Positions 49,502 through 59,679 of a DNA stretch of 64,000 nucleotides are shown here, piece by piece (within the stretch, counting starts at the first letter, position 1; each line of letters starts with the position of its first letter). This DNA comes from a virus (lineage: Duplodnaviria > Caudoviricetes). The stretch covers positions 32,438-96,437 of the IMG/VR virus record IMGVR_UViG_3300006153_000386; one strand, given 5' to 3'. Under the pieces are notes generated by a model. That model made no database searches, was not told the origin of the DNA, and worked only from the letters and a program-made list of their open reading frames with translations. A program made the translations under genes and the position numbers.

Positions 49502-49777
49502 GTGTTATATTATAATCAAGAAATGAAGAAAAATCTAAATAAATTAAGGTTATGCTACAAAATGGAGGTAATGAAAATGGATAGCTTGAAATGGCATGAT
49601 GGATGTATTGATCAATATTCTCATCAAGGATTCACAAAGGAAGAATTAATAAAACTTATTGAGAAAAATTTTCCCGACAATAATACTATGGAAAACATTG
49701 CAGTAATTCAGGAAGTAAGGAGTAACAAAGGAGTATTCCAGACATTCATATTTGGGAAACCTTTAAAATGGTTTTAA
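49502..49777 (+). CDS. Hypothetical protein (likely start about 49577)
   Basis: Promoter TTGACA 49483; RBS GGAGG. Confidence 0.5.
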   Translation: MLYYNQEMKKNLNKLRLCYKMEVMKMDSLKWHDGCIDQYSHQGFTKEELIKLIEKNFPDNNTMENIAVIQEVRSNKGVFQTFIFGKPLKWF

Positions 49778-50044
49778 TTCTAATCGCCTGGATGGTTCAA
49801 GTATCATACATAGGGTTCAATTCCCTATTCAGGCACTAAAGCCACTGGAAAAGGCTTGTAAAAAGGTTTTCAGAGCGGAGATGGAACCGCTAAACAATAC
49901 CGTCCTTATTAGTCGGAGCTGTAGCCAAGTCAGTGAAGTGCAGTATTGCGAAAAAGGGTAGTAAGGAAAAAGAATGTATAGTTATAACGTGCCTATGCCG
50001 TGTTGCAAGTCACGGAGGAAGAAAACGGAGCATAACAAAAGGCA

Positions 50045-50311
50045 ATGAAACTACTGTTTTTTTGGATAGAAAGTAAAGGTGATACAATGAAAAATTTTAT
50101 ACAGATTGAAAACAACGGATATACGATTAAAATTAGTTTACAGAATATCCAGTATTCAGATACAGGAGAAATATTAAAAGAAATAATAGATGGTCTTAGC
50201 TGGAATTGGAATAGTTTTTATACTAATGATAAGTTGTGGTATTGTGATGGAAGTAAATACTTAAATTGTGAAGCAGTAAATTATGAAGAAAAAATAATTA
50301 TTTTTGGATAA
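50045..50311 (+). CDS. Hypothetical protein (likely start about 50087)
   Basis: RBS AAGGTG. Confidence 0.5.
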   Translation: MKLLFFWIESKGDTMKNFIQIENNGYTIKISLQNIQYSDTGEILKEIIDGLSWNWNSFYTNDKLWYCDGSKYLNCEAVNYEEKIIIFG

Positions 50312-50483
50312 TATAAGTCTATACAAGCCCATTTAAAGCCTTAAATCAGCGTATATACAAATGTATGTGCGTTGCATTAAGTCCTTAAATAAGGCAAATC
50401 AACGGCATAGAAAGAGAAGTATTAAGCAAGTGACAAGTAGAAATGTTACTTGCTTTTATTATTGGAAAAATGGAGGATCTAAC

Positions 50484-51573
50484 ATGGAAATTAAAAGATA
50501 TTTAGGTTTTACGGATAGCATAAAGGAACCACGGAAAACAAAAGTTGAAAATGAATTAGATCGTTTGTATAAATATAACGGAAACATTTACAATGCAACT
50601 ACTTTTTTATGCGTCAAGCTATTAGAAGGCTGCTATCCAGATAAAGAGGAAAATTATCAGTATTACAAGCGCAATAGAGAACTAAGTAAGCCTAAAACAT
50701 TATATATATATATACATGAATCCAGACGGAAAACAGTATTTTGAATTAAATAAAACTCAATATGATTTTGTGTGCTATTTGCTGGAAAAAGGATTAAATA
50801 CAGAGGAATCTATACTTGCATATGATAAGGCAGATATAGAAAATATAGAAACTTTACAACAAGCAGAGCAGGAAGAAAAAGCACGTCAGGAAGCAGAAGA
50901 ACAGAGAAAAGCAGAGGAAAAGAAAAAATTTAAAATCTGGATGCATAAAGAATCTGAAAAAATACCTGATTTTCAGAAGGAAATTATTGATTCTATTTTC
51001 TTTGCGATTTACGGACAACAAAACACATGGAATTATACACTTGCGGTTTGTATCAATAACTATAACAATCCTTTATGTAAGGAAGAAGTGATTGCAAGGC
51101 TGCATAATGATAATAAGGCAAGTATAAAGATTTTTGAATGTTTGACGGGTTTAAAATTGCCAAAAGGATATAAGGAAAGAAAAACTTATCTTGAAAGTAT
51201 TTCCGTATCGGATTTTAAAGAAGCAGTTGACTATAATCCACGAAAAAAGAGAGAAGAAAAGGAAGTGCAGAAGGAAGAATTTTATATTAATGAACGTACA
51301 CCAGAAGGGTTGAGATGGACAAAAGTTATTGCAGAGCCGTTTACAGAATATGGTGTGGATATGTTTATTAGATACAATAATGGAAGTTATTCTATTTCCC
51401 TTGCGGAAGCTGGAATGAAAGTATGTGACGGAAAAACAAAAACAGAATGTCTAAATAAGCTGAAAAAGTTTGTTAATGACAGAGGGAAGGAAACATTCTT
51501 GCAGATGGTAAAGGATGCCACAGAGAAAATGTATAAAGCTACTAAAATAAATCCACGTTATAAAGTGGCGTAA
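50484..51573 (+). pseudogene. Hypothetical gene split at a (TA)7 tract
   Basis: MEIKRYLG... from 50484 changes frame at 50701-50714 and continues as MNPDGK... Confidence 0.55.
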
Positions 51574-51591
51574 GGAGGGGAGAGAAATTTT

Positions 51592-52353
51592 ATGAGTTAT
51601 GAAATCGTATATAATAAGCAGTTTTTAAAGATTGATGGAAAAATTATTCCGTTAACTTTATGCGGAAGTAGCAATGTCTATGAACCGCTTCCAAACGGAA
51701 GACAGAGACGGGAAAGAGAATGGAGTGCAATATACATAGGTGGAAGCAATAGGCAAATAGCAGCTACAGAAACAGAAATCATGAAAGAAATTGAATCATG
51801 TTGTGATGGTGGAGAATATCAGGAACATTTCATGCAAAATGGAAAATGGGTTGATGATAAAGGTTTGATCCGTTTCTTTCAGAGTGGGATAAAAAATGCA
51901 AAAACCATAGAGGAATTAAAAAAGGATTATTTCTTTATGGGTATGTATGGATATTTCAGTATATGGAAAGAAATGGATAACACTATAGAAAATCGTGTTG
52001 AAATAAATTCAAGTGACAATTTGAGGGATTTTTTGGAAGTTGCTCAGAGACGGATTAAGAATAGGACAGAAAAAGAAGGAATTTATATTTGCCTGAAATA
52101 TTACAATGAAAAGTTTGAATTCAGAGTAAAACCAGAAAAGAAAACAAAGGAACAATTGACCGATTATTTTGCTATTAAGATTGGAAATCGAGACAGTTAT
52201 TTAGTCAAATTAACAAGTAGAAGAATAAAACATACTTCACTTTGCAATCTTACAAAGCAATTTAAAACGGAAAGAGAAGCTAATAAATATGTGGAAAAAC
52301 TGATTGAAAGAGGTTTTAAAATTGATTTTACAGTGGAACATATAGTTGTATAG
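51592..52353 (+). CDS. Hypothetical protein
   Basis: RBS GGAGGGG. Confidence 0.65.
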   Translation: MSYEIVYNKQFLKIDGKIIPLTLCGSSNVYEPLPNGRQRREREWSAIYIGGSNRQIAATETEIMKEIESCCDGGEYQEHFMQNGKWVDDKGLIRFFQSGIKNAKTIEELKKDYFFMGMYGYFSIWKEMDNTIENRVEINSSDNLRDFLEVAQRRIKNRTEKEGIYICLKYYNEKFEFRVKPEKKTKEQLTDYFAIKIGNRDSYLVKLTSRRIKHTSLCNLTKQFKTEREANKYVEKLIERGFKIDFTVEHIVV

Positions 52354-52380
52354 AGGCAATGAAAGAATCGTTTCAAGAAT

Positions 52381-53391
52381 ATGTTTAGAAAAATAAATAT
52401 CTACAAAAGTATATTTACTATGATAAATGCATATGATATAATTAAGGGGTGGAAAGGATGTGAAAAAATGAAGATTTCTTACAGTAAACTATTTGGGATA
52501 TTGGAACAAAGGAATATTACAAAAACAGAGTTAAGAGAAAATATAAAAGTTTCTACTGCCACCCTTGCAAAATTATCAAAAAATGAACCGATAGCTATGA
52601 AAGTGATTGAGGATATTTGTAATTTTCTAAACTGTCAACCGGGAGATATTATGGAGATGGAAAAAGAAGTTGATAAAACTACATTATTGTACCGATTGCA
52701 GGAGGAGAAACAAATTAGATTAAAGGGTGGAATCTATCACCAGACACAAGTAAAACTTGCATATAATTCTAATCATATGGAGGGAAGTAAACTCACAGAG
52801 GATCAGACAAGATATATTTATGAAACAAATACTATAGGATTAGAGAAAGAGCCTGCTAATATAGATGATATTATAGAAACAGTAAACCATTTTCAGTGCT
52901 TTGATTATATTTTAGACTGTGCAGAAGATGTATTAACTGAAAATGTAATAAAGAAAATTCATCAGATATTGAAATCTAATACATCAGATAGCCGTTTGGA
53001 ATGGTTTAATGTTGGAGACTATAAACAACGTTCTAATATGGTAGGTGATTCAAAAACCACTCCACCTAGTAGAGTAAAAAAGGAAATGCAACGATTACTA
53101 TTTGAGTATCAACAGAAGGAAACTGTTACTTTTGAGGATATTGTAGAATTTCATTATCATTTTGAAAAAATACATCCGTTTCAGGATGGTAATGGCAGAG
53201 TAGGACGTTTAATAATATTTAAAGAATGTTTGAAATATAGCATAATTCCATTCATTGTTGATGAACGGCATAAACTTTATTATTACAGAGGATTAAAAGA
53301 GTTTGAGAATGAGCGTGGATATTTGATAGATACTTGTTTATCTGCACAGGATATGTATATTGAATTACTCAAGTATTTTACAGAAGAATAA
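52381..53391 (+). CDS. XRE-HTH plus Fic domain protein (likely start 52468)
   Basis: HTH ...CQPGDIME; Fic HPFQDGNGRVGR. Confidence 0.9.
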   Translation: MFRKINIYKSIFTMINAYDIIKGWKGCEKMKISYSKLFGILEQRNITKTELRENIKVSTATLAKLSKNEPIAMKVIEDICNFLNCQPGDIMEMEKEVDKTTLLYRLQEEKQIRLKGGIYHQTQVKLAYNSNHMEGSKLTEDQTRYIYETNTIGLEKEPANIDDIIETVNHFQCFDYILDCAEDVLTENVIKKIHQILKSNTSDSRLEWFNVGDYKQRSNMVGDSKTTPPSRVKKEMQRLLFEYQQKETVTFEDIVEFHYHFEKIHPFQDGNGRVGRLIIFKECLKYSIIPFIVDERHKLYYYRGLKEFENERGYLIDTCLSAQDMYIELLKYFTEE

Positions 53392-53549
53392 ATTTAAAAC
53401 AAATATCGCTAGTTAGAAGGCATTAGCGGAAATATTCGTTAGTGCCTTTTATAGTGACTATAAATATTTTTAAACAAAATATAGAAATCTAGTTGACAAT
53501 CATATATCTATTTAGTATAATGGATATATCAAGAGAGGAGATAAAGTAA

Positions 53550-53729
53550 ATGGCAAAAAAAACTTTTGGAACCTCTATTGATGAAAACATCATACAGGAT
53601 TTCAAAGTTGCTTGTGCTAAAAATAATATTCCTATGAATACCGTAATGGAATTATTTATGAAAGCATACGCAGATGGAAGATTCAAAACGGAAATCCAAT
53701 ATGAAAAAAATCAATCAGAGGAAAAGTAA
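53550..53729 (+). CDS. RHH-like regulator (59 aa, not in ORF track)
   Basis: TTGACA 53494 / TATAAT promoter; MAKKTFGTSIDENIIQDFKVAC... Confidence 0.65.
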   Translation: MAKKTFGTSIDENIIQDFKVACAKNNIPMNTVMELFMKAYADGRFKTEIQYEKNQSEEK

Positions 53730-54535
53730 GAATAGCAGCTCCTACCCTGAGAAAGTAATAAGCTGCCATTCAAGCCACTTGGAAAATCCATAGTGTTATT
53801 ATATTCTACAACACTTTCTGGACTATTTCAAGTCAATTTTCCTTAAAACAAGAAAACTAAATAGAAACAGGTGGTGATCATAAAATAGTCTCGTTTACGG
53901 AATATGATTGAAAGAAGACCGAATCTGATTATATCATAGCATATAATCAGCAGACTGGTATAAGCTGGACACCACGGCTTGTATCCCTGGGTATCATATA
54001 TCTTTATCAATTTGAGACGAATCCGAATTAGAAATTGATCGTGAATTAGGACACGTTACAAATTCCTATACATAGAGAATGATATTCTCCGGTTTATATG
54101 GTTTTGTCGGATAAAACCTACTCCACGGAATTAGACCAGTCGGGAACACGGCGCAGTAGTGCGACTTGATGGAGACGTGCAGCTTATACAGTGCATTAGA
54201 GGCTAGAAAAGTGCCTGGTATAGCATAGGAATTACTCTTTAAAATCTGCTATGGGATGCAATGTAAAGAATAATAACCGCTAGATTGAAACAAAATCAAT
54301 CAGAAAAACTTTTCCGACCGCTAATACAGGCAACAGGGATCTGTGAGAAAAAGCGGGATAATAAGTACATATTGAAGTAAAAAAGTTTTAACACGGACGG
54401 TATTCAGTCAAATGATACCGTTTGATTTATTGGAACGCTGTATATGCGATTTCACTTGTCTTATACTTTTCAAGTCAAAGAAAGTAGTGTATAATATATG
54501 CATCAGATAATAATTTAATTTGGAGGATAAATATT

Positions 54536-54808
54536 ATGATGTATCCATATATGACGCTTAATGATGATACAGAAATTACACATTCTGAAATGAAACCAGA
54601 TGGATCAGTTAAAGTATATATTGAAACACCAGATGAAAAAGTTTGTTTCCGTCATGCGACATGCTGGTTGCCAGAATACAAATGGGAAGATATATATGCT
54701 TATTCTGATGCTGAGATAGAATATTTTAAGAAATTAGTTCACAACAATGCACATTTAATCATTGAATTTTCTCAAGAAGGAGGTATTACAAATGCCTCAA
54801 ATTTTTAG
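54536..54808 (+). CDS. Partner protein of DUF4160 (putative TA)
   Basis: Overlaps the downstream DUF4160 gene. Confidence 0.6.
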   Translation: MMYPYMTLNDDTEITHSEMKPDGSVKVYIETPDEKVCFRHATCWLPEYKWEDIYAYSDAEIEYFKKLVHNNAHLIIEFSQEGGITNASNF

Positions 54809-55070
54809 GATTGGCTCTTTTGTGATTTATTTTTGGTCTAACGAAAACAATCCAACAGAACCTATCCATGTCCATGTTTCTGAAGGTAAAGCATCTGCTA
54901 ATTCAACAAAAATATGGATAACTGCAACTGGAAAGACTTTGTTGTGCAATAATAATTCTAAAATTCCAAACAAGATGCTGAAAAATATTATGAGACATAT
55001 CGAAGCCAATGGCGATTTGATTATTGATAAATGGTGTGAACAGTTTGGGGAAATCAGGTATTATTGTTAA
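54792..55070 (+). CDS. DUF4160-type protein
   Basis: MPQIFRIGSFVIYFWSNE..PTEPIHVHV. Confidence 0.75.
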   Translation: MPQIFRIGSFVIYFWSNENNPTEPIHVHVSEGKASANSTKIWITATGKTLLCNNNSKIPNKMLKNIMRHIEANGDLIIDKWCEQFGEIRYYC

Positions 55071-55646
55071 ATGTACTTGAAATCTAAGTTTCAAGTTGTT
55101 CTATATGGAGGATGTAGAATGAAATATTATTTGTTTAATTATGATGATGTAAGTTTGATGTATTGTGATCGTATTGTTCCTAAAGAAGAGATTATATGTG
55201 AATTTGAATTTAATGGATTTACATATTTTTTAAGTGATAAAGAAATCATTAATGTAAGTGCCACTCAACGGAGAAAATGCGTTGAACAATTTTCAAAATG
55301 GATAAGAAAATTTAATTTGAACAGAAAATATATTTTAAGATATAGTAATATTTGGCTATATGAGAGAGACTGTTATGACTTATTATCAGATTATTTAACT
55401 TGGGAAGCAAATAAAAATGGGGAGACTTATGCTGAAGTTATCTGTAAATCGGATGATTTGGAGAAAACTATTAATGAAATAATAAAATCTTTAGCAAAAG
55501 AGCGATTAGATGTACAGAGTAGGGATTTAATTATTGAAATAGAAAAAGGAATGAATGAAGATAAACTTGATGTTGAAAAAATAAGGGAAGAGGTACAGGA
55601 AGTAACCCAAAAAATTTATAATAAAACTTTTGAATGGATTGATTAG
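55071..55646 (+). CDS. Hypothetical protein (likely start about 55119)
   Basis: RBS GGAGG; flanked by junction sites. Confidence 0.6.
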   Translation: MYLKSKFQVVLYGGCRMKYYLFNYDDVSLMYCDRIVPKEEIICEFEFNGFTYFLSDKEIINVSATQRRKCVEQFSKWIRKFNLNRKYILRYSNIWLYERDCYDLLSDYLTWEANKNGETYAEVICKSDDLEKTINEIIKSLAKERLDVQSRDLIIEIEKGMNEDKLDVEKIREEVQEVTQKIYNKTFEWID

Positions 55647-55692
55647 GCAATAAAATTAGATATTCAAGTAAGAAGAAGCGATTGTTATTTCT

Positions 55693-56268
55693 ATGAATAT
55701 TGTTTATAATAGAAACAAGAACGGAGGTGTAATGATGGATACATTGAGAAAAGAGGAAATTTATACGATAGATGATATTTATGCGCTACCAGATGGGGAA
55801 CGAGCTGAGTTGATTGATGGAAAAATTTATTATATGGCTCCGCCAAGTAGGACACATCAGCAGTTATTGCTTTCGTTAAGTAGAAAAATCGCAGATTATA
55901 TAGACTCTAACAACGGAGATTGCGAGGTCAATATTGCTCCGTTCGCTGTTTTTTTGAATGAAGATGATACAAATTATTTAGAGCCTGATATTTCAATAAC
56001 TTGTGATTCTTCTAAATTGGATGACAAAGGATGTCATGGTGCTCCAGATTGGATTATTGAAATTGTTTCTCCTGGGAATAAACCCATGGACTATTTTACA
56101 AAGTTGTTTAAATATCGGACAGCAGGTGTCAGAGAGTATTGGATTGTAGATCCCACAAGAGAGATGATCACAGTGTATAGATTTGAAAAAGAAACTATGG
56201 AACAATATTCTTTTGGCGAGGATGTGTCGGCTGGAATTTATGATGATTTTTCAATATGTATTCGGTAA
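55693..56268 (+). CDS. Uma2 family endonuclease
   Basis: ELIDG.IYYMAPP...EPDI...PDWIIEIVSP...GVREYWIVDP. Confidence 0.9.
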   Translation: MNIVYNRNKNGGVMMDTLRKEEIYTIDDIYALPDGERAELIDGKIYYMAPPSRTHQQLLLSLSRKIADYIDSNNGDCEVNIAPFAVFLNEDDTNYLEPDISITCDSSKLDDKGCHGAPDWIIEIVSPGNKPMDYFTKLFKYRTAGVREYWIVDPTREMITVYRFEKETMEQYSFGEDVSAGIYDDFSICIR

Positions 56269-56286
56269 TTTGGATTAGAAAGTTAG

Positions 56287-56493
56287 GTGAGGGTTATGAA
56301 ACGTCAAAAAAGAGAATTTGCATCTGGCGATATTGAAAATTTACCTGGATTCTTAAGGATTGAGGTTTTTGATGGCGAAATATATACTGATGATTGGACT
56401 GTATTAGAGATTGATGAGGATGTATTTAGGATACCAGCAACAGAGAATAGGCGCATTAAATATAAATTATCTATCGTAGAAATTGAAGAATAG
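56287..56493 (+). CDS. Hypothetical protein
   Basis: ORF with AGGTG RBS. Confidence 0.5.
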   Translation: MRVMKRQKREFASGDIENLPGFLRIEVFDGEIYTDDWTVLEIDEDVFRIPATENRRIKYKLSIVEIEE

Positions 56494-56590
56494 ATAAGTG
56501 AATAAGTGGTTGATAATGAAGCATTTGGAAAATAAAAAATCCAGATGCTTTTTATTATATAAAAAATTACATATTTAAGGAGGTTTCAGT

Positions 56591-56920
56591 ATGAGTGCAG
56601 TAGTGGCAATGAACGAGGAAACAAGGAGGATGGAACAATTTAATGACATAGTGGCAAATATCAAGCCACTTATGACTGTTGGAAAAGGAAAGAATCAAAG
56701 AGTAATTACAGTGAGTGCAGTTGTTCCGTTGTCTCTATGCTTTGTGGACGCCAGATATCAAGGGATGAGGACACATAAACATTTAAACAGATTGAGAAAC
56801 AAATGGGATGAGAGGAAACTAACACCGATAATTCTTGTATGGCATCTGGATGAACATAGATTGGTTTATCAGGTGGAAGGAAACAATTTAATAGTATTTG
56901 CTTGTAGATATCATTATTGA
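56591..56920 (+). pseudogene. Chimeric ORF: phage-protein N-terminus fused to YoeB/Txe toxin C-terminus
   Basis: ...VDARYQGMR...PIILVWH then DEHRLVYQVEGNNLIVFACRYHY. Confidence 0.6.
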
Positions 56921-57026
56921 TAATTTGGAGTGGTTTGAGAAGCATTGGCGGAAATCGTTAGTGCTTTTTCTTTTTGAATGTAGAAATATAGTATAAAGGA
57001 AATTTTTTGAAAGAGAGGATTAAGAT

Positions 57027-57887
57027 ATGGGAAACAAGACTAAACAAACAGGTAAGACAGAAGTTTATCCGTTTTGGTATATGGAAGATATCAAAAATAT
57101 GATGGATTATTTTAAGATGAAGGGGCAGTGGCACTGGTATTTAGTGTTTAATTTCGGGTTGCTTCTTGGAAGACGTATAAGCGATACACTTTATTTGAAA
57201 TGGTCTGATTTTTATTATGAGAATGGAAGAATGAAGGATGAAACAGATATTGTTGAATGGAAAACAGGAAAGACTGTTAGATTGTATATTTGTCCAGCTT
57301 GTCAAGAAGCATTAAAACTATATATTGACAAAACAGGTGTTGACCCAATGAAAAATTATAATGGTTTTGTTTATGGAACAGCTCAAATGTCACAGTTATT
57401 AGAAAATAAAGAAGAGTATCCTGAAGAAGATTGGAAGGAACTAATGATGAAAGCAATACAAAGTCATGCTGCAGCATTTAGAAAACAGTTTAAGTTAGCG
57501 GCAGATGCCTGTAATATACAATATGCGACTTCGACTCATAGTCTTAGGAAAAATTTTGGATACTGGTCAGTTAAACTTCATCCATATGATGTGACAACTG
57601 TAGACAAATTGCAAGGGATATTTTCACATTCTGATCGCAATACAACTCTTCACTATATCGGAATTTCAAGAGAAGATGAAAAGAAATTATATTGTGATAT
57701 GGGAGATTTTATCACTGATATTTCTAACGGGAAGAAGCCAGTAATAAAAAATAGTCCTGTAATTCCACTCAAAGCAGAAGATTTTCGAGAGATTCTTAGT
57801 AAGTGTTGGGATATGGCACAGAATGGCGAAGATAAATTTGACGGGATTAATAATCTGATTGGTATGGCAGAGAAGTGTATGGTATAA
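57027..57887 (+). CDS. Tyrosine recombinase, catalytic-domain-only type
   Basis: GRRISD (R), KTGK (K), HSLRK, FSHS (H), TLHY (Y). Confidence 0.9.
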   Translation: MGNKTKQTGKTEVYPFWYMEDIKNMMDYFKMKGQWHWYLVFNFGLLLGRRISDTLYLKWSDFYYENGRMKDETDIVEWKTGKTVRLYICPACQEALKLYIDKTGVDPMKNYNGFVYGTAQMSQLLENKEEYPEEDWKELMMKAIQSHAAAFRKQFKLAADACNIQYATSTHSLRKNFGYWSVKLHPYDVTTVDKLQGIFSHSDRNTTLHYIGISREDEKKLYCDMGDFITDISNGKKPVIKNSPVIPLKAEDFREILSKCWDMAQNGEDKFDGINNLIGMAEKCMV

Positions 57888-57912
57888 TGATAATCATGGG
57901 AGAGAAGTATAG

Positions 57913-58143
57913 ATGAACCTTGCAACATATCAAACAACACCAGAAAAGCATGGAGAGGGAACCTTTTTCTTTACAGATTGTGGACATAATATGTATTCTA
58001 TAAGAGATAGTATGGCATATCATGGTTGCTTGTGTCCTGGCTGTTTTTATAAAGGAATATATACAACATTGTACATTAGAGGTTCAGAAGAAGTAAATAA
58101 GTACTGGAATGAGAAACAGAAGAAAATGGAAATGAATGATTGA
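57913..58143 (+). CDS. Small Cys-containing protein
   Basis: CGH...CPGC. Confidence 0.55.
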   Translation: MNLATYQTTPEKHGEGTFFFTDCGHNMYSIRDSMAYHGCLCPGCFYKGIYTTLYIRGSEEVNKYWNEKQKKMEMND

Positions 58144-58225
58144 TTTCATTGTGTAAAATTTGTGTATAAACATATTGACTGTTGTGTAATTAGTGTGTAT
58201 AATGAAGCTATGGGGAGGTACACTA

Positions 58226-58402
58226 ATGAAACAAAGAGATTTGATTAAGAAACTTGAAGCTGGAGGTTTTGTTTTCGATCATCATGGAAGTAATCACGAT
58301 ATCTATAAGTATGAGGAGGACGAATTTAAAACAGTTGAAAGACATAAGGAAATACCAGAGAGGTTAGCAAAGGCAATTTTAAAGAGGCGAGGACTAAAAT
58401 AA
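58226..58402 (+). CDS. hicA: HicA family toxin
   Basis: MKQRDLIKKLE.GGF...GSNHDIY...RHKEI.E.LAKAILK. Confidence 0.85.
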   Translation: MKQRDLIKKLEAGGFVFDHHGSNHDIYKYEEDEFKTVERHKEIPERLAKAILKRRGLK

Positions 58403-58450
58403 TCATCTGTCTCATTCATATAAGAAATAGATAATAGGAGGGGAAATGAC

Positions 58451-58864
58451 ATGCAAGCAGTATATCCGGTTTTGTTTACGAAAACAAAAGATTGTATATT
58501 AGTTGAAGTTCCTGATTTAGAGGTTTTAACTGAAGGAAAAGATATGAAAAATGCTATAGAAATGGCAAGAGATGCAATGGAATTAATGTGTGTTACATTG
58601 GAAGATCATAAAAAGGAAATCCCAGAACCGTCTGATACATTAGATATTACAAAAGGAACTTTTTCAGAAGATGGAGAAACTATTTTATCCTACGTTGATA
58701 TTGATTCGGGAGAATACAGAAGAAAAATAGATACAAAAACTGTTAGGAGAAATGTGGCACTTCCTAGTTGGCTCAATTATGAAGCTGAACATGCTGGAAT
58801 TAATGTTTCAAGAGTGTTACAAGAAGCGTTAATGAATGTGTTGAATGTAAAGAGAAATATATAG
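58451..58864 (+). CDS. hicB: HicB family antitoxin
   Basis: YPVLF...VPDL..LTEG...MARDA...VRRNVALPSWL...INVSRVLQEAL. Confidence 0.9.
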   Translation: MQAVYPVLFTKTKDCILVEVPDLEVLTEGKDMKNAIEMARDAMELMCVTLEDHKKEIPEPSDTLDITKGTFSEDGETILSYVDIDSGEYRRKIDTKTVRRNVALPSWLNYEAEHAGINVSRVLQEALMNVLNVKRNI

Positions 58865-58871
58865 TGTATGA

Positions 58872-59117
58872 TTGGTGGATTGGTTTTGCCAGTCTATCAG
58901 TTGTATTATGGAGAAAAATATAATGCGAGAAGTAATGGAATATGAATTGGAAACAAAGAAGAAGCATTTATCAAAACTTCAAGATTATTTTCGTACATAT
59001 ATAAAGGATATTGATTTACCGAAATATGAAGATAATGCGATAAATGCGTTGCTGGAAATGAAGAAAGTTAAGACAGAGATTGAGCAGTTGGAATATTATT
59101 TGCAGTTGAAAACTTGA
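58872..59117 (+). CDS. Hypothetical protein
   Basis: ORF whose stop lies in junction site 59107. Confidence 0.5.
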   Translation: MVDWFCQSISCIMEKNIMREVMEYELETKKKHLSKLQDYFRTYIKDIDLPKYEDNAINALLEMKKVKTEIEQLEYYLQLKT

Positions 59118-59133
59118 TTTTATCGGAGGGCAT

Positions 59134-59679
59134 ATGGGAAAGTTAGATAAAATAAGTGTGTTTATCAGTCTTGTATTAAGACATAAGCCAGACGCAGCAG
59201 GGATTACTCTTGATGAACATGGATGGGCAAATGTTGAAGAACTTATTGGTGGTATAAATAGCACTGGGCGTAAGATGGATATGAAAATATTAGAAGAAAT
59301 TGTTAGAACTGATTGTAAACAGAGATATAGTTTTAATGAAGACAAGACGCTGATTCGAGCAAATCAGGGGCATAGTGTTCCAGTAGATGTAGAACTGAAA
59401 GAGAAGAAACCACCAGAATTTTTGTATCATGGAACTGCAGATAGATTTATAAAAGCTATTATGGAAGAAGGCTTGAAGCCAATGAGTCGCTTATATGTAC
59501 ATCTTTCAAAGGACATTGAAACTGCAAATAAAGTTGGGAAACGTCATGGAAACCCAGTGATTCTGAAAGTATATAGTGGACAGATGTATCAAGATGGGAT
59601 TAAGTTTTATCTTTCTGAAAATGGTGTTTGGTTAGTGTCAAAAGTCGATGCAAAATATATAGAGCAAATAAATGTCTGA
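59134..59679 (+). CDS. kptA: RNA 2'-phosphotransferase (Tpt1/KptA)
   Basis: LRH, KQRY, IRANQGHS, LYHGT, YVHLS, NGVWL. Confidence 0.95.
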   Translation: MGKLDKISVFISLVLRHKPDAAGITLDEHGWANVEELIGGINSTGRKMDMKILEEIVRTDCKQRYSFNEDKTLIRANQGHSVPVDVELKEKKPPEFLYHGTADRFIKAIMEEGLKPMSRLYVHLSKDIETANKVGKRHGNPVILKVYSGQMYQDGIKFYLSENGVWLVSKVDAKYIEQINV

